From the NCBI GenBank assembly GCA_048013815.1, contig CM106586.1:10850001-10914000 (forward strand): 64,000 nt of DNA, written 5' to 3'. Below are positions 60,913 to 64,000 of this stretch, piece by piece (the first letter of the stretch is position 1; each line of letters starts with the position of its first letter). This stretch comes from Setoptus koraiensis. Its lineage: Eukaryota > Animalia > Arthropoda. A model generated the notes under the pieces. The model worked only from the letters and a program-made list of their open reading frames with translations, was not told where the DNA came from and searched no databases. The translations under genes were made by a program, and so were the position numbers.

Positions 60913-61256
60913 GATTAGTGAATGACTTATTTCGGTTATATGCGAATATTAGATCTTTCTGATAGTTGTGTGTGTTGATACAACTTTGAATAGGCAGAGA
61001 TATTGATGGGGCTAATGAGTGAAAACACTGAAAACAGTGATCGTTAGATAATAAAGTAAAGGATCATGTGTTTATCTTCTTCTAGAATTTAGAGTTTAAT
61101 AAATAGTAATAATAATAAAATTTAGCCACCCGTGCGCGAGCATAGAGGACGTTCACAAGTGCAATTATTGAAAAAGAAAAGGTCCGTACAATAAGGCGCG
61201 AAATTCGACAAGCCGTTATTCATTTTGGTGGTATGAGTAGTGATCTCGCCGATGAC

Positions 61257-61782
61257 CTATAGGCGACCACCATTCTATAATGACGAATAAAAAGATTGAA
61301 GGAAAAGAGTTAACAAAAAAATTTTTAGTTGCAGAGAATCTGTGGCTAGATCATGAACAAATTGTTGGAGCTGAATTGTTTGATTCCAAAGACGTTCAAC
61401 TACTAACATTTATGATCTCTATCTCTAGCTCGCTGGGCAGCTTCCTTGCAAAGGTTGCACCAATGCTCCTGACCGAAAGATCCTGAAAAAATACATTGGA
61501 TAGATTAATGAGCATTGAGAATTATATCTTATGAGTGTCGTTGATGATGAGATATAAATTTGTATTGTGAATGAATTCATTTAAGTCTCTTCCGCTTACC
61601 TGAGTTTGTTGGTGAGCTGGTATGCGAAGACTCTGTTTCAGGCCAGTTGTATTGAAAGCCGTCGCAGAACTGGCCTTAATGAGATTCAGTTCGGCATGGT
61701 CGCTTATTGATTGAGCCTTCCTGAATCTGATTAGGGGTACATGTGATTTGACTAATTTCCAAGCGTGACTCGCAATCGACAT
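61257..61782 (-). CDS. MRPS36: KGD4/MRPS36 (2-oxoglutarate dehydrogenase E3 adaptor), 91 aa; exons 61782-61600, 61482-61408, 61274-61257
   Basis: N-terminal motif AWKLVKSHVPLIRFRK (family: VKPH.PLI.F) and spliced C-terminus FARKLPSELEIEIINNGGRL* (family: yrRk.is.eEie.I..GG). Donors GTAAGC and GTTAGT, acceptors TTTTTCAG and TTATAG, all phase 0. Confidence 0.85.
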
Positions 61783-62020
61783 GGCTTCTGTCTATAAGTA
61801 AAGATTTCTCTCTAAGCGTTCTCCGGGGCACTATCGGATGATGTCGAGATGCAGTAATAGCAGTAACGATAGATGAGTATTTTCATCTGAATTATCCTCT
61901 GACAACTATGTGAGTATGCAACAGTGTACAGTTAGATAATAGAGATTTATTATTTGTCTCCGGTATTTATTTGCATCGTACGGTCAATAACAGAGTCGGC
62001 CGCCAGAGGCGTTGTGTTAG
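61665..62020 (-). repeat. Right arm of the inverted duplication (native KGD4 upstream region and 5' CDS)
   Basis: Reverse complement aligns with 59353-59700. Confidence 0.93.
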
Positions 62021-62565
62021 CGGACTTTTTCGCACATTTCAACCGCACAGAGCCACCAATGCACTCCATTCAAGTGAAATCTTCAAACACATCAATGTAG
62101 ATCACAGGTTATTAGCGCCAGGTTGTTCCTTGAGCGCAACTTTGCATGCAGCCACTCTAAAGGTCACCGTGACCGTTATAGTGTATGACCTTACGTCGGC
62201 TGATCATATGATTATCGTCCACGTCCACTCTTGTCTCGACCATCGGAATCAAGATTTTGTTTCACGCGACAATAAAAATGCTCACTCATATATTCCGGTT
62301 CATGGAAAATACAATGCGTTCTGTTTTATGTTGATCGTTTTATTATTAAATCGTTGGGAGGATATCTCCAAAAGAACTTTTATTCTCTGTTATTAAAAGG
62401 ATGATTTGAGTCGGAGGAAACCTTCAAGTGGGACATGAGTTGCTAGTTCTATTTCGTAATGAACTTCATAAGCGACTCTACATATGACACTGCAACTCGT
62501 GAATGCCGAACTTTACTAGTTCATTATAAATATGATACGCGGGATATGTCAATCTAGGGTTCAAA

Positions 62566-64000
62566 TCAAGCCTCGTAGCGGCCAAGATCAACGGCGAAAA
62601 TCCTACTGATGGTACAATCACCCGGATCAGGTGCCACACCGATCAAAGCATCTCCATGTCCATAAAATTCTTCTTTGAGAGAGATGACGATGCACTGAAA
62701 CGAGTCTTCAGTTCGCTGTCTGATAAATCTTGCTACTTTGCTTATGTTCGTATTATCTAACGCTGCGTCTATTTCGTCCAAAACGAAGAAGGGAGCGGGC
62801 TTAAAAGAGTGAATGGCAAATAAAAGCGCAAGTGCCGCAACAGTTTTTTCACCACCACTAAGATTACTCATCGGTTGAAATCTTTTTCCTGGCGCTACGC
62901 AGTTATAGTTTATACCCTCTAAATAGGGTTCCTCGGGATTTTCTGGAACAAGGAATGCTTGGGCACTTGGGTTATTTGTTAACTGCTTGTAGATAGAGTC
63001 CACTCGTTGCGACACGGTATCAAAACATTCAGTGAAAGAATTCAATCTTCTTTGCTTGACGGCCTCAAATGCTTCCTTTGCTTGTTTCGATGCCAGTCTG
63101 AGACTATTGAGTTCAGAATCGGTTTCCCTCAATCTCTCCTTAGCACTATCCAACCTGTATATGTAAAAATATTGAGAACGGTTAGCATATTTCAATCATG
63201 ATGAGTTAGTTAATTTGCCTCCAAACTAGAATTCTCATTACTTGCCTTTCATCGGCCCTCATATTTGGTGCCTGGATTTTTCTGAAAGCATCTCTTTTCT
63301 TGGATATCTCTGCCTGCATCTCTGTTTCTTTCTTTTTCAATTCGTGGGGCTCATCTAAGTTCTTAAGATGATCTGATAAGAGATCAAAGTTGGGTTTGAT
63401 ACTTGAATCACTTTGATACGCCCTTTGAGTGGAAGGCATTTCATCATCGTCGTCATCATCATCGTCACGAGTATCATTATGATTAGAAGATCCATGAGTT
63501 ATGTTATCGAGACTTCCTTCATTGAGGGGTAAATTAATACTTTCCATCTTGCAATGAATGAAAATTGCATGTCTATCCGCTCTTTTACTTTCCATTTGGC
63601 ATTCTAATGTCATGACACTCTTTTGTGTTGTTGAGATTTCTTTTTGAATAGTTGACAAACCTCTTTTTTTCTCCGAAATTTGTTCCTCTACTCGATCACA
63701 ATCTGTTTTTTGAGAAATTTTGTCGTTTTTTAGCTGTTCAACTTTGGTCATCTCATCTTCTATGGCACGCATTTCTCGCCTCTCCGCTTCTTTAGCCTGC
63801 TCCAGATTCTTTTGCTCTAGATCTACTGTTTTCTCCCATCGCTGTACATTGTCTTCGGTGTCTTTACTTCTTTCATAGAGCAACCTACTTTGGATACTAT
63901 TTTTCTCGCTTTCATACTGAAGGAGCCGATTTTCTCTCTCCTGGCTGGCCTTTGACTGCCGTTCCTCATACTGTCGTATATTGTCGACGCCGAGTTGTAT
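62566..64000 (-). CDS. SMC1: Structural maintenance of chromosomes 1 (cohesin), 3' part; exons >64000-63246 and 63154-62566, GC-AG intron
   Basis: [83 protein letters not shown] (signature, Walker B, D-loop). Confidence 0.96.

Noticed and set aside
61971-62396. 141-aa + strand ORF between KGD4 and SMC1
   Set aside because: TTG start, overlaps the duplicated KGD4 upstream arm, and has no recognisable motif.

Overview
Eukaryotic (arthropod) nuclear DNA. The compact, intron-poor gene structure is most consistent with an acariform mite; this is inference, not a proven assignment. I can support 15 protein-coding loci: NOC2L (3' part), an orphan secreted protein, UBE4A, ATP synthase epsilon (two copies), FRMD5-like, a G-protein gamma subunit, UNC79, WASHC4, a Lifeguard/TMBIM gene, an SDR, GAS1-like, the serotonin transporter SERT, MRPS36/KGD4, a chimeric KGD4-PDHX gene and SMC1 (3' part). 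Three of these (G-gamma, the second ATP epsilon, full KGD4) are missed or only partly shown by the ORF track. AT-rich housekeeping genes are tightly packed, while neural/developmental genes (G-gamma, UNC79, GAS1, SERT) sit in GC-rich, microsatellite- and minisatellite-laden blocks. The top candidate for a novel system is at 59.3-62.0 kb. An inverted duplication copied the upstream region and first 39 codons of KGD4/MRPS36 (the E3 adaptor of 2-oxoglutarate dehydrogenase) onto the core-inserting domain of PDHX/E3BP. The result is an intact 298-aa chimera with no lipoyl or PSBD domain, which may be a re-engineered E3 tether for pyruvate dehydrogenase. No rRNA, tRNA, CRISPR array or recognisable transposase was found. 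All coordinates were derived by hand.
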